DNA of 64,000 nt from an uncultured Collinsella sp. (GTDB taxonomy: Bacteria; Actinomycetota; Coriobacteriia; Coriobacteriales; Coriobacteriaceae). The translations under genes were made by a program, and so were the position numbers. Under the pieces are notes generated by a model. It did not search any database and was not told the origin of the DNA. It saw only the letters and a list, made by a program, of their open reading frames with translations. Shown in pieces: positions 50,154-60,712 of this stretch (position 1 is its first letter; the number at the start of each line of letters is the position of its first letter). Where the stretch lies: contig UQIV01000001.1 of assembly GCA_900541205.1 (NCBI GenBank), forward strand, positions 97,593 to 161,592. Reading direction: 5' to 3'.

Positions 50154-51550
50154 TTAGGCTCGCTCGATGAAGGCCTTGTAACCGCGATATGCCTCGTAGA
50201 TGTCGGCCTTGTTGGCGACCTCCCACAGGGCGTGCATGGACAGGACGGCAACGCCGGAGTCGATGACGTTCATGCCGTACTTGGCCATGATGTAGGCGAT
50301 GGTGCCGCCGCCACCAGCGTTGACGCGGCCGAGCTCGCAGGTCTGGAAGTCCACGCCGGCCTCGTCCATGATGTCGCGGACGAGGGCCACATACTCGGCG
50401 TCGGCGTCGTTAGAGCCGCCCTTGCCGCGGCTGCCCGTGTACTTGTTAAAGCACAGGCCGCGACCCATGAAGGCGGCGTTCTTGGTCTCGAACTTGCCGG
50501 CATAGCCCGGGTCGAAGCCGGCGGACACGTCGGAGGAGAGCATACGGCTGCGGGCGAGCGCGCGGCGCAGAGCCAGCGGGCTGTCCTCGCCGGCGAGCAT
50601 CATGATCTCGGCGACGGTGTTCTCGAAGAAGCGACTCGTCATGCCGGTGGCACCCACGGAACCGATCTCCTCCTTGTCGACGATGAGCGTGATGCTCGTG
50701 CGCTCCACGTTGGTGACGTTGATCTGGGCGAGCATGGAGGGGTAGGCACAGACGCGGTCGTCATGGCCATAGCCCAGAATCATGGAGCGGTCGAGGCCCA
50801 TGTCGCGGGCGGGGCCGGCGGGCACGACCTCGATCTCGGCGGAGAGGAAGTCCTCCTCCTCGACGTCGTACTGCTCCTTGAGGATATCCAGGAACATCTG
50901 CTTGACGGGCTCCTTGGGGGCGTCCTTGTCGTCCTCGTCAAACTTGACGGGACGGCCGCCCACGATCACGTCGAGGATCTCGGCGTCGACGGCGTCCTTG
51001 GCGGGCTTGGACATCTGCTCGCTCGAGAGGTGGATCAGCAGGTCGGAGATGGTAAAGACCGGATCGTCTGCCTTGTCGCCGATGTTGATGTCGACGGTGG
51101 TGCCGTCCTTTTTGCAGATGACGCCCACGAGTGCAAGCGGGGAGGCCACCCAGTGGTAGCTCTTGACGCCGCCGTAGTAGTGCGTGTCGAGGTAGGCCAT
51201 GTCGCCGGCCTCGAAGGCGGGATTCTGCTTAAGGTCCAGGCGCGGCGAGTCCACGTGAGCACCCAGGATGTTAAAGCCCTGCTCGAGCGGGACGGTGCCC
51301 AGGTTGACGAGCATGAGGTCTTTGCCGTGATTGGCGGCGTACACCTTGTCGCCGGCCTTGAGCGTGCGGCCCTCGGCAATCACGGTCTCCAAGTCGACGT
51401 AGCCCGCCTCCTCGGCCATCTTGATGCCGGTCTTGACGCACAGGCGCTCGGTCTTATTCTCGCTCAAAAACTGCTTATAGCCGCGGCAAAGCTCCTCGAG
51501 TTCCTCGACTTGCTGTGGCGTGTACTTTTTCCATGCGCAGGGACGCTCCA
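50154..51550 (-). CDS. M18-family aminopeptidase
   Basis: Start MERPCAWKKYTPQQVEEL. HVDSPRLDLKQNP and the later His/Asp metal ligands are typical of M18 aspartyl aminopeptidases. 465 aa. Confidence 0.75.
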
Positions 51551-51717
51551 TGACGCAGGCTCCTTTCGGATCGATCGTGCTGGTTGATGTACCGTGAGCC
51601 ATCGTATCACGCGCGGGCCCGCGGCGGCAGGGAAGCCTGATGTGCGGTGGCCGCGGGGCGGGGAGCGTGTAAACTGGTGTGAGCAAACCGTGCCCAGCCC
51701 AAAGCGAGGTATTCAAT

Positions 51718-54468
51718 ATGTCTGACAAGCGCCGCACCTTTGCCGTTATCGACGGCAACTCGCTCATGCACCGCGCCTTCCACGCCGTGCCGCCCACCAT
51801 GAATGCGCCGGACGGGCGCCCCACCAACGCGATCTTCGGCTTTCTGAACATGTTTCTCAAGATGATCGATGCCTTTAACCCCGACGGTGTGGTCGTGGCG
51901 TTTGACAAGGGCAAACCGCGCGTGCGCATGGAGATGCTGCCGCAGTATAAGGCGCAACGCCCGCCCATGGACCCCGATCTGCATGCGCAGTTTCCGATGA
52001 TCAAGGAGCTGCTCACCGCGCTCAACGTGCCGATTCTGCAGTCCGAGGGCTGGGAAGGCGACGATATCCTGGGAACCATGGCGCGCCTGGGTGAAGAGGC
52101 CGGCTGCGACATGCTGCTGGTGACCGGCGACCGCGACATGTATCAACTCGTGACCGAGCACGTCAACGTGGTCTCGACCCGCAAGGGCCTGTCCGACGTG
52201 GCGATCATGACGCCCGAGAGCGTGGACGACCTGTATCACGGCATTACGCCGGCGCTCGTGCCCGATTTTTACGGTCTAAAGGGCGATACGTCGGACAACA
52301 TTCCCGGCGTACCGGGCATCGGCCCCAAAAAGGCGAGCGCGCTCATCGCACAGTACGGCAGCTTGGACGAGGTCATCGCGCATGCCGACGAGGTCAAGGG
52401 CAAGATGGGCGAGAACCTGCGTGCGCACATCGACGATGCGCTGCTGAGCCGCAAGGTCGCAACCATTCGCACCGATGCGCCCGTCGAGCTCGACTTTGAC
52501 GAAACGTCCTTCCCGGCGTTTTCTGCCGACGAAGTGTCCGCGGCGCTGGGCACGCTTGGTATCACCGCCATGCAGAACCGTTTCTTGGCGCTGATCGGCG
52601 GCGAGGGCGGGGCTGCTGCTGCCTCCAGTGTGTTTGAGATACCTGCGATGGTTCGCGCAGCCGCCGGCGATGCCGACGCGCTTGGTGCCGTTGCGGCTGA
52701 GGTTTCCCGCGCGATTGATGCCGGCGAGTGGGTCGCCGCCGTGGTGGACGACGACAAGGAAGAGGGCGCGCTCTTTGGACTGACGCGCACGCTGTGGTTG
52801 GCGACGTCCAAGGGCCTGTTCGCGCTCGAGGAGGGCGACGGCGGTACCACTGCCGTAGTCGATGGCTTCAACTTCGCCCACGGCGTGATTGCCGGCGTGC
52901 TTGCGCGCCTGTTTGTGGAGGGCCGCGTGGCGAGCCCGGATATGAAGGCGTTGTTGCACGAGCTTTCGCCCATCGATTCTTCTGAACTCGAGCTCATGGA
53001 TCCGCTCGCTACCGATTCCACGCGTATCTTCGATACCGTGGTCGCTGCCTATCTGCTGGATTCCGATCGCTCCGAGTTCGATGAGGCATATCTTGCCGAT
53101 ACGTATCTGCAGATGGCGCTGCCTGCGGCGCGCGGCGCAGAGGGTGCTGGTGAGGACGCTCCGGCGCCTGCCGCCCGTACTGCGGCTCTGACGCTGGCGC
53201 TCGTGGCACCGTTGCGCGAGTGCATGGCCCGTGAGAATGCCGCCAACGTGTTCGATGGCATCGAGATGCCGCTCGTTCCGGTACTTGCCAAGATGGAGCG
53301 CGCGGGCATGCTCGTGGACCCCGACCGTCTGCACAGTCTGTCCGAGGGTCTGGCGACCCAGATTACCGAGATTGAGCGCAGTATTCGCGACCTGGCGGGT
53401 GACGAGACCTTTAATATTGGCAGTCCCATGCAGCTGTCGCATGTGCTCTTTGATGTGATGGGGCTTCCGACCAAGGGCCTCAAGAAGACTAAGCGCGGCT
53501 ATTATTCGACCAACGCCAAGGTGCTGAGCGACCTTGCGCGTGACCACGAAATCGTGCGTCTGATCTTGGACTGGCGTGAGAAGTCTAAGATCAAGTCCAC
53601 CTATCTGGACACCCTGGGCCCGCTACGCCGTGGTGACGGTCGCGTACACACTACGTACAACCAGACCATCACGGCAACGGGGCGTCTGTCCTCGAGCGAC
53701 CCGAACCTGCAGAACATCCCGACGCGCTCGGAGCTGGGTCGTACCGTCAAGACGGCGTTTTCGGCAGGCGAGGGAAGCGTCTTTTTGGCGGTGGACTACT
53801 CGCAGATCGAGCTGCGTCTGCTGGCGCATCTCTCGGGTGACGAGCACTTGGTGCGCGCCTTTAACGAGGGCGAGGACTTCCATGCCGAGACGGCGGCGCG
53901 CGTGTTCGGCGTGCCGGTGTCCGAGGTAACGCCCGACCTGCGCAGTCGCGCCAAGGCCGTGAACTTTGGCATCGTGTATGGTCAGCAGGCCTACGGCCTG
54001 TCGCAGTCGCTGCATATCTCGATGGCCGAGGCGCGCGACATGATCGACCGCTACTACGAGGCCTACCCGGGCGTGCGCACGTTCCTCGACAACGTGGTGG
54101 CGCGCGCCAAGCAGACGGGCTACGCCGAGACCATGTACGGCCGCCGTCGTCATATTCCGGAGCTCAAGGCCAAAAATCCGCAACTCCGCGGCTTTGGCGA
54201 GCGCACGGCCATGAACCATCCCATGCAGGGCACCGCCGCCGACATCATCAAGATCGCCATGGCCCGCGTAAGCCGCCGCCTGGAAGAAGAGGGCTTTGCC
54301 GCCCACATGATCCTGCAAGTGCACGACGAACTGGACTTTGAGTGCCCCATCGACGAAGTCGAGCGCCTAACCACCATGGTCCGCGACGTCATGGAACACG
54401 TAGTAGTCCTCCGCGTCCCCCTAATCGCCGAAGCTTCGACTGGAGTGACCTGGGCAGACGCCAAGTAA
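51718..54468 (+). CDS. polA: DNA polymerase I
   Basis: A 5'-3' exonuclease N-terminus (RTFAVIDGNSLMHRAFHA) and Klenow-like polymerase motifs (RRHAKAVNFGIVYG, HDELDFE). 917 aa from MSDKRR. Confidence 0.9.
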   Translation: MSDKRRTFAVIDGNSLMHRAFHAVPPTMNAPDGRPTNAIFGFLNMFLKMIDAFNPDGVVVAFDKGKPRVRMEMLPQYKAQRPPMDPDLHAQFPMIKELLTALNVPILQSEGWEGDDILGTMARLGEEAGCDMLLVTGDRDMYQLVTEHVNVVSTRKGLSDVAIMTPESVDDLYHGITPALVPDFYGLKGDTSDNIPGVPGIGPKKASALIAQYGSLDEVIAHADEVKGKMGENLRAHIDDALLSRKVATIRTDAPVELDFDETSFPAFSADEVSAALGTLGITAMQNRFLALIGGEGGAAAASSVFEIPAMVRAAAGDADALGAVAAEVSRAIDAGEWVAAVVDDDKEEGALFGLTRTLWLATSKGLFALEEGDGGTTAVVDGFNFAHGVIAGVLARLFVEGRVASPDMKALLHELSPIDSSELELMDPLATDSTRIFDTVVAAYLLDSDRSEFDEAYLADTYLQMALPAARGAEGAGEDAPAPAARTAALTLALVAPLRECMARENAANVFDGIEMPLVPVLAKMERAGMLVDPDRLHSLSEGLATQITEIERSIRDLAGDETFNIGSPMQLSHVLFDVMGLPTKGLKKTKRGYYSTNAKVLSDLARDHEIVRLILDWREKSKIKSTYLDTLGPLRRGDGRVHTTYNQTITATGRLSSSDPNLQNIPTRSELGRTVKTAFSAGEGSVFLAVDYSQIELRLLAHLSGDEHLVRAFNEGEDFHAETAARVFGVPVSEVTPDLRSRAKAVNFGIVYGQQAYGLSQSLHISMAEARDMIDRYYEAYPGVRTFLDNVVARAKQTGYAETMYGRRRHIPELKAKNPQLRGFGERTAMNHPMQGTAADIIKIAMARVSRRLEEEGFAAHMILQVHDELDFECPIDEVERLTTMVRDVMEHVVVLRVPLIAEASTGVTWADAK

Positions 54469-54604
54469 GGGCACACCCACAATTCCAAAGTAATCAAAAC
54501 CAGAAGGACGCCCCTCATCAACAAGGAGCGTCCTTCGTTCAATAAAAATCAGCCAAAGTATCTAGGCGCCAAGACGCCATCCAGGCGGCAAACAAGTCAA
54601 CGTA

Positions 54605-54730
54605 GCCATGCCCGGGGCCGGCCGTTTGATTTTTGTAGATTCCGCACGAGCCGGAAAGCACTTAATGTGCTTTCCGAGCGAGCCCAGGACCTGACCGAGC
54701 AAAAATCAAACGGCCGGCCCCGGGCATGGC
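54605..54730. repeat. compound perfect inverted repeat: 31-bp arms flanking 64 bp that contain a nested 10-bp hairpin
   Basis: GCCATGCCCGGGGCCGGCCGTTTGATTTTTG (54605-54635) is the exact reverse complement of 54700-54730. The inner hairpin is CGGAAAGCACttaatGTGCTTTCCG (54652-54676). It lies between the convergent polA and Cof hydrolase genes. Confidence 0.85.
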
Positions 54731-54741
54731 GACGAGATAGA

Positions 54742-55569
54742 TTACCGAGCCGCCAAGATGGCGTCGATGAGCGTCAGTACGCCCCCGTCGTTGTTGCTCG
54801 GAATGCGCCACTTGGCGTGCGCGTTCATATGCTCCTCGGCGTTGTCCACGATAAAGCTATGCCCGACGCGCTCCAGCATGGGGATGTCGTTGTAGGTATC
54901 GCCCACGGCGGCAGCATCGGCAATATCGATGCCCAGGTGCTCGCACAGGTGAGCGATGCCGGCGCCCTTGTCGACGCCCAGGTTCATAAAGTCGATCCAC
55001 TCGCGCCCGGCGTTGGTGACGTAGAGCTTGTCCGAGAACTCGGGGCTATAGGTCTCGCGGAAAGCGGGCTCGGCGTCGTAGCCTGGGAAGAAGACCGAAA
55101 TCTTGTTGGACTCGAAATCGATGCCCTCAAAGCTGTCGACGTAGTTGATTGTGTTGTAGTAGACGCTGATCTCGTCGTGGTATTGATGGTCGCGGGCAAG
55201 CACGTAGAACTCGTCGAAGCAGCACAGGACGGGGACAGCGCGAGGATCCTCCGAGGCACGGCTCAAGACCTGCTGATACAGCTCCACGTCAATATTGCTC
55301 TTATAGATATAGCTGCCGCGATAGATCACGCACGCTCCGTTATCGGGACAAAAAGCGAGGCGGTTCTTAATGCCCTCGAACATCTCTTCGAGCTTGGGGG
55401 CGGGACGTCCGCTGGCGGGGCAGAATACGATGCCGGCGTCGGCGAGCTTGTCCAGACGCTCGTCGAGACCCTGGGGCAGCACGCGATCGTCGGTCAGCAG
55501 CGTCTTGTCCATATCGACGGCGAGAATCTTAATGTTGCCGATGTTGGCGTCCGATTCGTAAGTTTGCAT
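54742..55569 (-). CDS. Cof-type HAD-IIB phosphatase
   Basis: LAVDMDKTLL motif I and the C-terminal GDTYNDIPMLE motif IV. 275 aa. Confidence 0.75.
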   Translation of the reverse strand: MQTYESDANIGNIKILAVDMDKTLLTDDRVLPQGLDERLDKLADAGIVFCPASGRPAPKLEEMFEGIKNRLAFCPDNGACVIYRGSYIYKSNIDVELYQQVLSRASEDPRAVPVLCCFDEFYVLARDHQYHDEISVYYNTINYVDSFEGIDFESNKISVFFPGYDAEPAFRETYSPEFSDKLYVTNAGREWIDFMNLGVDKGAGIAHLCEHLGIDIADAAAVGDTYNDIPMLERVGHSFIVDNAEEHMNAHAKWRIPSNNDGGVLTLIDAILAAR

Positions 55570-55679
55570 AAAAATGCGCCTTTCGTTTCGAGATTGTTTC
55601 AGACGTTATAACCATCAACTAGTAGTCGAGCGTATTTTCGCAGGAATGGTGCGTATTTGCACTGCAATTCACAAACTAA

Positions 55680-55707
55680 TGAAAAAACTTTTCAGAAATT
55701 TGAATTT
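55680..55707. promoter_or_regulatory. AT-rich palindromes in the 550-bp low-GC region shared by the divergent Cof hydrolase and argG promoters
   Basis: TGAAAAAACTTTTCA (55680-55694) is a perfect TGAAAA/TTTTCA palindrome. AAATTTGAATTT (55696-55707) is a near-palindrome containing TGAAT. Both resemble ARG-box half-sites. Confidence 0.25.
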
Positions 55708-56123
55708 GTCGCTTGCGCAGCGTGCACTTTATCGTAATATAGCGAACATCGAAAACGGAGACGGCAAAAGAGCCGTTTACCGAGGAAAAGGTACCGTTTG
55801 CGATATTTGAATTGCGCCCGGCGATACGTGAAGGGAGAGGCAGATGCAGTTCGTAAAGATCATCACCACTGCAGACAATGCCATCCGACGCCAGCGCGCA
55901 ATTTCCCGACGACGATAACAATCGTCTCTGTCCGCATGGGGCGCAATGCCTCAACAGAGTCATTTTGAGGTCGTTGGGTTTAAGCACGACATAGCCGCAT
56001 GTTTCTAGGGCATGCCTGTGATGCATTCTGCTGAATAACCTGATATTGCACGGTTTTTGACCTCAAGGTGACTTGCAACTGACCGATGTTCTAACTAGCT
56101 ACCAAGGGCGAAAGGAAACAGCC

Positions 56124-57350
56124 ATGAGCAAGGAAAAAGTCGTTCTCGCATATTCCGGTGGTCTTGATACATCCGTATGTGTCAAGTGGCTCCAGGACGA
56201 GAAGAATCTCGATGTCGTTTGTGTCTGCGGCAACGTGGGCCAGGAAGAGACCGGACTAGATGCCAAGAAGCAGAAGGCGCTCGACCTGGGCGTTCTCGAT
56301 TGCCAGGTGCTCGACCTGCGCGACGAGTTCTCCGATGAGTTCCTGACCAAAGCCATCGCAGCAAACTCCATGTACGAGAACAAGTACCCGCTGCTCTCCG
56401 CCCTGTCTCGCCCGCTGCTTGCCAAGAAGCTTGTTGAGGTCGCCCACGAGTTTGGCGCGACCTACGTCGCCCACGGCTGCACCGGCAAGGGTAACGACCA
56501 GGTCCGTTTTGAGGCCGCCGTCAAGGCCCTCGACCCCGAGCTCAAGGTTATCGCCCCGGTTCGCGAGTGGGACCTGAAGTGCCGTCCCGACGAGGTCGCC
56601 TATGCCCACGCCCACAACGTGCCGGTTCCCGAGGGTGCCAACGACAACCCCTACTCCATCGACGACAACCTGTGGGGTCGTGCCATTGAGTGCGGCCACC
56701 TGGAGGATCCCTGGAACGAGCCGCTCGACGACGCCTGGGTTATGACCAAGAACCCCGAGGACACGCCGGACACCCCGACCTACACCGAGATTGAGTTTGA
56801 GGCCGGCAAGCCCGTCGCCGTAGACGGCAAGAAGATGAAGCTCTCCGAGATCGTCATCGCCCTCAACAAGATCTCCGGCGACAATGGCTTTGGCCGTCTC
56901 GATCTGGTCGAGGATCGCCTGGTGGGCCTTAAGAGCCGCGAGTGCTATGAGGTCCCCGGAGCCCTGACGCTCATCACCGCCCACAAGGCGCTCGAGGACA
57001 TCTGCGTCGAGGGCGACCTGCTCAAGACCAAGATCAAGCTCGAGCAGGATTGGGCCACCGCCGTGTACAACGGCCAGTGGTACAGCCCGCTCAAAAACGC
57101 GCTCGATGCCTTTATGGCCGATACCCAGAAGTTCGTGACCGGCACTGTCCGTCTGAAGTTCTTTAAGGGCAACTGCCATGTCGTCGGCCGCAAGAGCCCC
57201 TTCAGCCTCTACGACTACGGTCTGGCTACCTACGACCGCGACACCACGTTTGACGAGAAGGCCAGCGCCGGTTTTATCGAGATCGATACGCTGTCGCTCA
57301 AGACGTGGGCAAAGGTCCAGGGCCCCAGCTCTGCTGCCGCCCAGGCCTAG
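56124..57350 (+). CDS. argG: argininosuccinate synthase
   Basis: AYSGGLDTS PP-loop motif, 408 aa from MSKEKVV, RBS AAAGGAAACA upstream. Confidence 0.9.
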   Translation: MSKEKVVLAYSGGLDTSVCVKWLQDEKNLDVVCVCGNVGQEETGLDAKKQKALDLGVLDCQVLDLRDEFSDEFLTKAIAANSMYENKYPLLSALSRPLLAKKLVEVAHEFGATYVAHGCTGKGNDQVRFEAAVKALDPELKVIAPVREWDLKCRPDEVAYAHAHNVPVPEGANDNPYSIDDNLWGRAIECGHLEDPWNEPLDDAWVMTKNPEDTPDTPTYTEIEFEAGKPVAVDGKKMKLSEIVIALNKISGDNGFGRLDLVEDRLVGLKSRECYEVPGALTLITAHKALEDICVEGDLLKTKIKLEQDWATAVYNGQWYSPLKNALDAFMADTQKFVTGTVRLKFFKGNCHVVGRKSPFSLYDYGLATYDRDTTFDEKASAGFIEIDTLSLKTWAKVQGPSSAAAQA

Positions 57351-57503
57351 CGCCTCCTTCCCTTGGTATCCGCGCGGCCCATCCGCGTGATACATAACGG
57401 GCGCACGGGGTCCCTACCTTTCGTTATGCTTGCTGACACTTCTTAACATCGGTGGCCCCTACGTTCCGCCCGCATATATGATGCCGCGTCTGCGGCTGAG
57501 TCC

Positions 57504-57540
57504 GAGCCCCGCCGGGGTTGTCCGGCGGGGCTCCTTCTAT
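57504..57540 (+). terminator. hairpin between argG and argH
   Basis: Perfect 12-bp stem GAGCCCCGCCGG/CCGGCGGGGCTC with a 7-nt loop, then CTTCTATCAATTT. Confidence 0.5.
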
Positions 57541-57584
57541 CAATTTGGCGGCTCTGCGCCTATATATATGAGGAGTATCCATTA

Positions 57585-57755
57585 TGTTCAATGCTATCGC
57601 GCATGCTTTACTTGCCCTCGCGCCCGAGTTCGATGCTGCAAGGGTCGAGGACGTCCCTATGAGCCTGAAGGCCTGGATCGATGGTTCGCAGGGCAACATC
57701 CGGAGGGAGACGTTGGGCGCCAAGTGCATGGCGCGTCACTTCTTTGCAAATTAGC
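57585..57755 (+). CDS. small hypothetical ORF (56 aa) between argG and argH
   Basis: MFNAIAHALLALAPEFDAARVEDVPMSLKAWIDGSQGNIRRETLGAKCMARHFFAN, with a GAGGAG RBS ~9 nt upstream. No homology inferable. Confidence 0.25.
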
Positions 57756-57872
57756 TACATGGCTCCGCACACGGTGGGGAATGTGTAAAACTAGCGGTTG
57801 AAAAATCGCTTTAGCGATATGGCGCATTGCTTTGGGCGCTTGTTTTGGTATTTGGAGAAAGGGGACGGTTCC

Positions 57873-59303
57873 ATGGCTCTTTGGGGCGGTCGTTTTGAGG
57901 CAGGCGTGGCCGAGGTCACGCAGGAGTTTGGCGCGTCGTTGCCGGTCGACAAACATCTCTATAAGCAGGACATCGCCGGATCTAAGGCACATGCCAGGAT
58001 GCTGGCGGCCCAGGGCATTATCAGCGCCGAGGACGAGCAAGCGATTGCCGAGGGTCTGACCGGAATCGAACAGGATATCGATGCCGGCAACTTCACCTTC
58101 GACATCAACGACGAGGACATTCATATGTCCATCGAGAGCGAGCTGACGCGTCGCATCGGCGAGGCTGGCAAGCGCTTGCATACCGGACGTTCGCGCAACG
58201 ACCAGGTGGCGACCGACACACGTCTGGGCGTCAAGGCGCTGGCCAAGGAGCTCATGGGGGCCAATCTTGAGCTGCGCCATGTGCTGGTGGATGCGGCTAA
58301 GAAGTACGACAAGGTGATTCTGCCGGGCTACACGCACATGCAGCACGCTCAGCCCGTGCTGCTGTCGCATCATCTGCTGGCGTATTCCTGGATGTTCGCG
58401 CGCGACTTTACACGCCTGAAGGCAGCCTTTGATGCCGCCGACAACTGTCCGCTGGGCGCTGCCGCGCTTGCCGGCACGAGCTATCCGCTCGATCGTCAGA
58501 TGACGGCTGCCGAACTTGGCTTTGCGGGCGTGATTCCCAACTCGCTCGATGCGGTTTCCGACCGTGATTTCCTCCTCGACCTGCATTACGCCGGCTCCGT
58601 CATGGCGATGCACCTGTCGCGTCTTTCCGAGGAGATCGTGCTGTGGTCGAGCTCCGAATTTGGCTTTATCACGCTTTCCGACTCTTACTCCACTGGTTCG
58701 TCCATCATGCCGCAGAAGAAGAACCCCGACTTTGCCGAGCTTATCCGCGGCAAGAGCGGCCGAGTCTATGGCAACCTGGTGCAGCTGCTCGTGACCATGA
58801 AGGGCTTGCCGCTCGCTTATAACAAGGACTTGCAGGAGGACAAGGAGGGCGCGCTCGATACCGCCCATACGCTCATGCAGTGCCTGTCCGTTATGGCCGG
58901 TATGATTTCGACCTGGACCGTCAACGAGGATGCCATGGCGCGCGAGTGCGGCGTGGGGCACCTTGCCGCCACCGATGTTGCCGATTACCTGGCCAAGCGT
59001 GGCCTGCCGTTCCGCGAGGCGCACGCCGTGGTGGGCCATTTGGTCCTGATGTGCGAGAAGCGCGGCTGCAATCTTGAGGACCTGCCGTTTGAGGTGTTCC
59101 AGGAGGCAAGCCCGCTCTTTGAGCACGACATAACCGAGGCGCTCGACATCCCGTCGATTGTCGCCGCGCGCACGACCGAGGGCGGTACCGCCCCTGCCGC
59201 CGTTGCCGTGCAGCTGCAGCGTGCCGAGGCACAACTCGTTGCCGACGAAGGCGTGTTTGGATCGCTGACCAAGGTCGTCGAGATGGGCCACGGGATAAAG
59301 TAA
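57873..59303 (+). CDS. argH: argininosuccinate lyase
   Basis: MALWGGRF start and the fumarate-lyase signature GSSIMPQKKNPD. 476 aa. Confidence 0.9.
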   Translation: MALWGGRFEAGVAEVTQEFGASLPVDKHLYKQDIAGSKAHARMLAAQGIISAEDEQAIAEGLTGIEQDIDAGNFTFDINDEDIHMSIESELTRRIGEAGKRLHTGRSRNDQVATDTRLGVKALAKELMGANLELRHVLVDAAKKYDKVILPGYTHMQHAQPVLLSHHLLAYSWMFARDFTRLKAAFDAADNCPLGAAALAGTSYPLDRQMTAAELGFAGVIPNSLDAVSDRDFLLDLHYAGSVMAMHLSRLSEEIVLWSSSEFGFITLSDSYSTGSSIMPQKKNPDFAELIRGKSGRVYGNLVQLLVTMKGLPLAYNKDLQEDKEGALDTAHTLMQCLSVMAGMISTWTVNEDAMARECGVGHLAATDVADYLAKRGLPFREAHAVVGHLVLMCEKRGCNLEDLPFEVFQEASPLFEHDITEALDIPSIVAARTTEGGTAPAAVAVQLQRAEAQLVADEGVFGSLTKVVEMGHGIK

Positions 59304-59688
59304 GGGTTTGGTCGAAGCCGTTTTTGCCATTTATTGAGGAATCGTATTTTGCTTTACGGGCGTCTGCTGATGTGGGCGTCCGTATTTTGTTGCTATGGGG
59401 GAGAGGCTTGTCGAGAACTTCTGTAGGACCTTTGGGCAGGTTGTGAAGGGGGTACGTTTGCGGGCGGCAACCGACCGTCTGCTCTGTTCGATACGGTTGA
59501 TGGGCAGTCGGATGGTACTCTAATCGGACTTCGAAACAGAAGTGACACATATGGAACGCTTCAATAAATTGCAACGTTTCAATAAACAGCTTTTTGTTTA
59601 ACTGCAGCTAAAACTCTGTTACGATGCAGTCCAGGCGGGTGCCGGAATGGGACTTGGGCACACGCGAACCTACTTGAAAGGCTACCTT

Positions 59689-60093
59689 ATGGCTATCGAG
59701 AAGACCTTCATCATGATTAAGCCCGACGCCGTGCGCGACCGCAAGATCGGCGAGATTGTTGCTCGCATCGAGCGCAGCGGCCTTGTCATCGAGCGCATGG
59801 AGATGACCACGCTCGAGCGCGCTACCGTCGAGGAGCACTACGCCCATCTGGCCGACAAGCCCTTCTTTGGCGGTCTCTGCGACTTTATGACGAGCGGTCC
59901 GGTCGTCAAGATGGTCGTTTCCGGTCTCTCCGCTGTTGCTAAGATGCGCACCCTCATGGGCGCTACTAATCCGCTTGACGCCGCTCCTGGTACCATCCGC
60001 GGCGACTTTGCCGTCGATGTCAACGCCAACGTGATCCACGGCTCCGACTGCCTGGAGAACGCCGAGATTGAGATCGAGCGCTTCTTTGGCTAA
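59689..60093 (+). CDS. ndk: nucleoside diphosphate kinase
   Basis: MAIEKTFIMIKPDAV ... NVIHGSD, where the His of NVIHGSD is the active site. 134 aa. Confidence 0.9.
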   Translation: MAIEKTFIMIKPDAVRDRKIGEIVARIERSGLVIERMEMTTLERATVEEHYAHLADKPFFGGLCDFMTSGPVVKMVVSGLSAVAKMRTLMGATNPLDAAPGTIRGDFAVDVNANVIHGSDCLENAEIEIERFFG

Positions 60094-60244
60094 ACCAGCT
60101 TTGACTCCTTAAAGCTGTTAGCGTGTGGCTTGGGCGCCGCGGAACTCCATCCGCGGCGCCCTTTTATTCCAAAATCTATGAAGGGGCCCGTTCGGTCATG
60201 AGTTCCGAGCGGGCCCCTGCTGTTAGCTTGTGGCACTGAGTTGT

Positions 60245-60712
60245 TTAGGCCTCGTCGACGACCTTGAGACCGCGCGTGTGGTCAATCTCGTTGAGGAGGT
60301 TAACGCGACGCTCGTGACGACCGCCCTCAAACTCGGCGTCGAGCCACTCGTCGACAATCATCTTGGCGAGCTCGGAGCCCACGACGCGGGCGCCAAAGGC
60401 GAGCACGTTGGTATTGTTGTGCATGCGGGAGAGCTTGGCGCTGAAGGGCTCGGAGCACACGACGGCGCGTACGCCCTCGACCTTGTTGGCAGCCAGGCTA
60501 ATCCCGACACCGGTGCCACAGATGAGGATGCCCAGGTCGACGTCGCCGTTGGCAACGGCCTTACCCACCTTGTAGCCGGCGATGGGGTAGTCAAAGCTCT
60601 CGGAGGTGTCGGTGCCAAAGTTCACGACCTCGCAGCCGCGCTCCTTCAGGTGCTCGGAGATGATGTTCTTGAGCTCGACGGCGGCGTGGTCGTTACCGAT
60701 ACCGATCTTCAT
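60245..60712 (-). CDS. rpiB: ribose-5-phosphate isomerase B (RpiB/LacAB family)
   Basis: MKIGIGNDHAAVELK ... ILICGTGVGISLAANK. About 155 aa. The long ORF-track N-terminal extension is unlikely to be real. Confidence 0.8.
   Translation of the reverse strand: MKIGIGNDHAAVELKNIISEHLKERGCEVVNFGTDTSESFDYPIAGYKVGKAVANGDVDLGILICGTGVGISLAANKVEGVRAVVCSEPFSAKLSRMHNNTNVLAFGARVVGSELAKMIVDEWLDAEFEGGRHERRVNLLNEIDHTRGLKVVDEA

Noticed and set aside
55574-56026. Small ORFs (78 aa on plus, 116 aa on minus) in the low-GC Cof-argG intergenic region
   Set aside because: No convincing RBS and no homology signal. The region looks like a divergent promoter and operator region instead.
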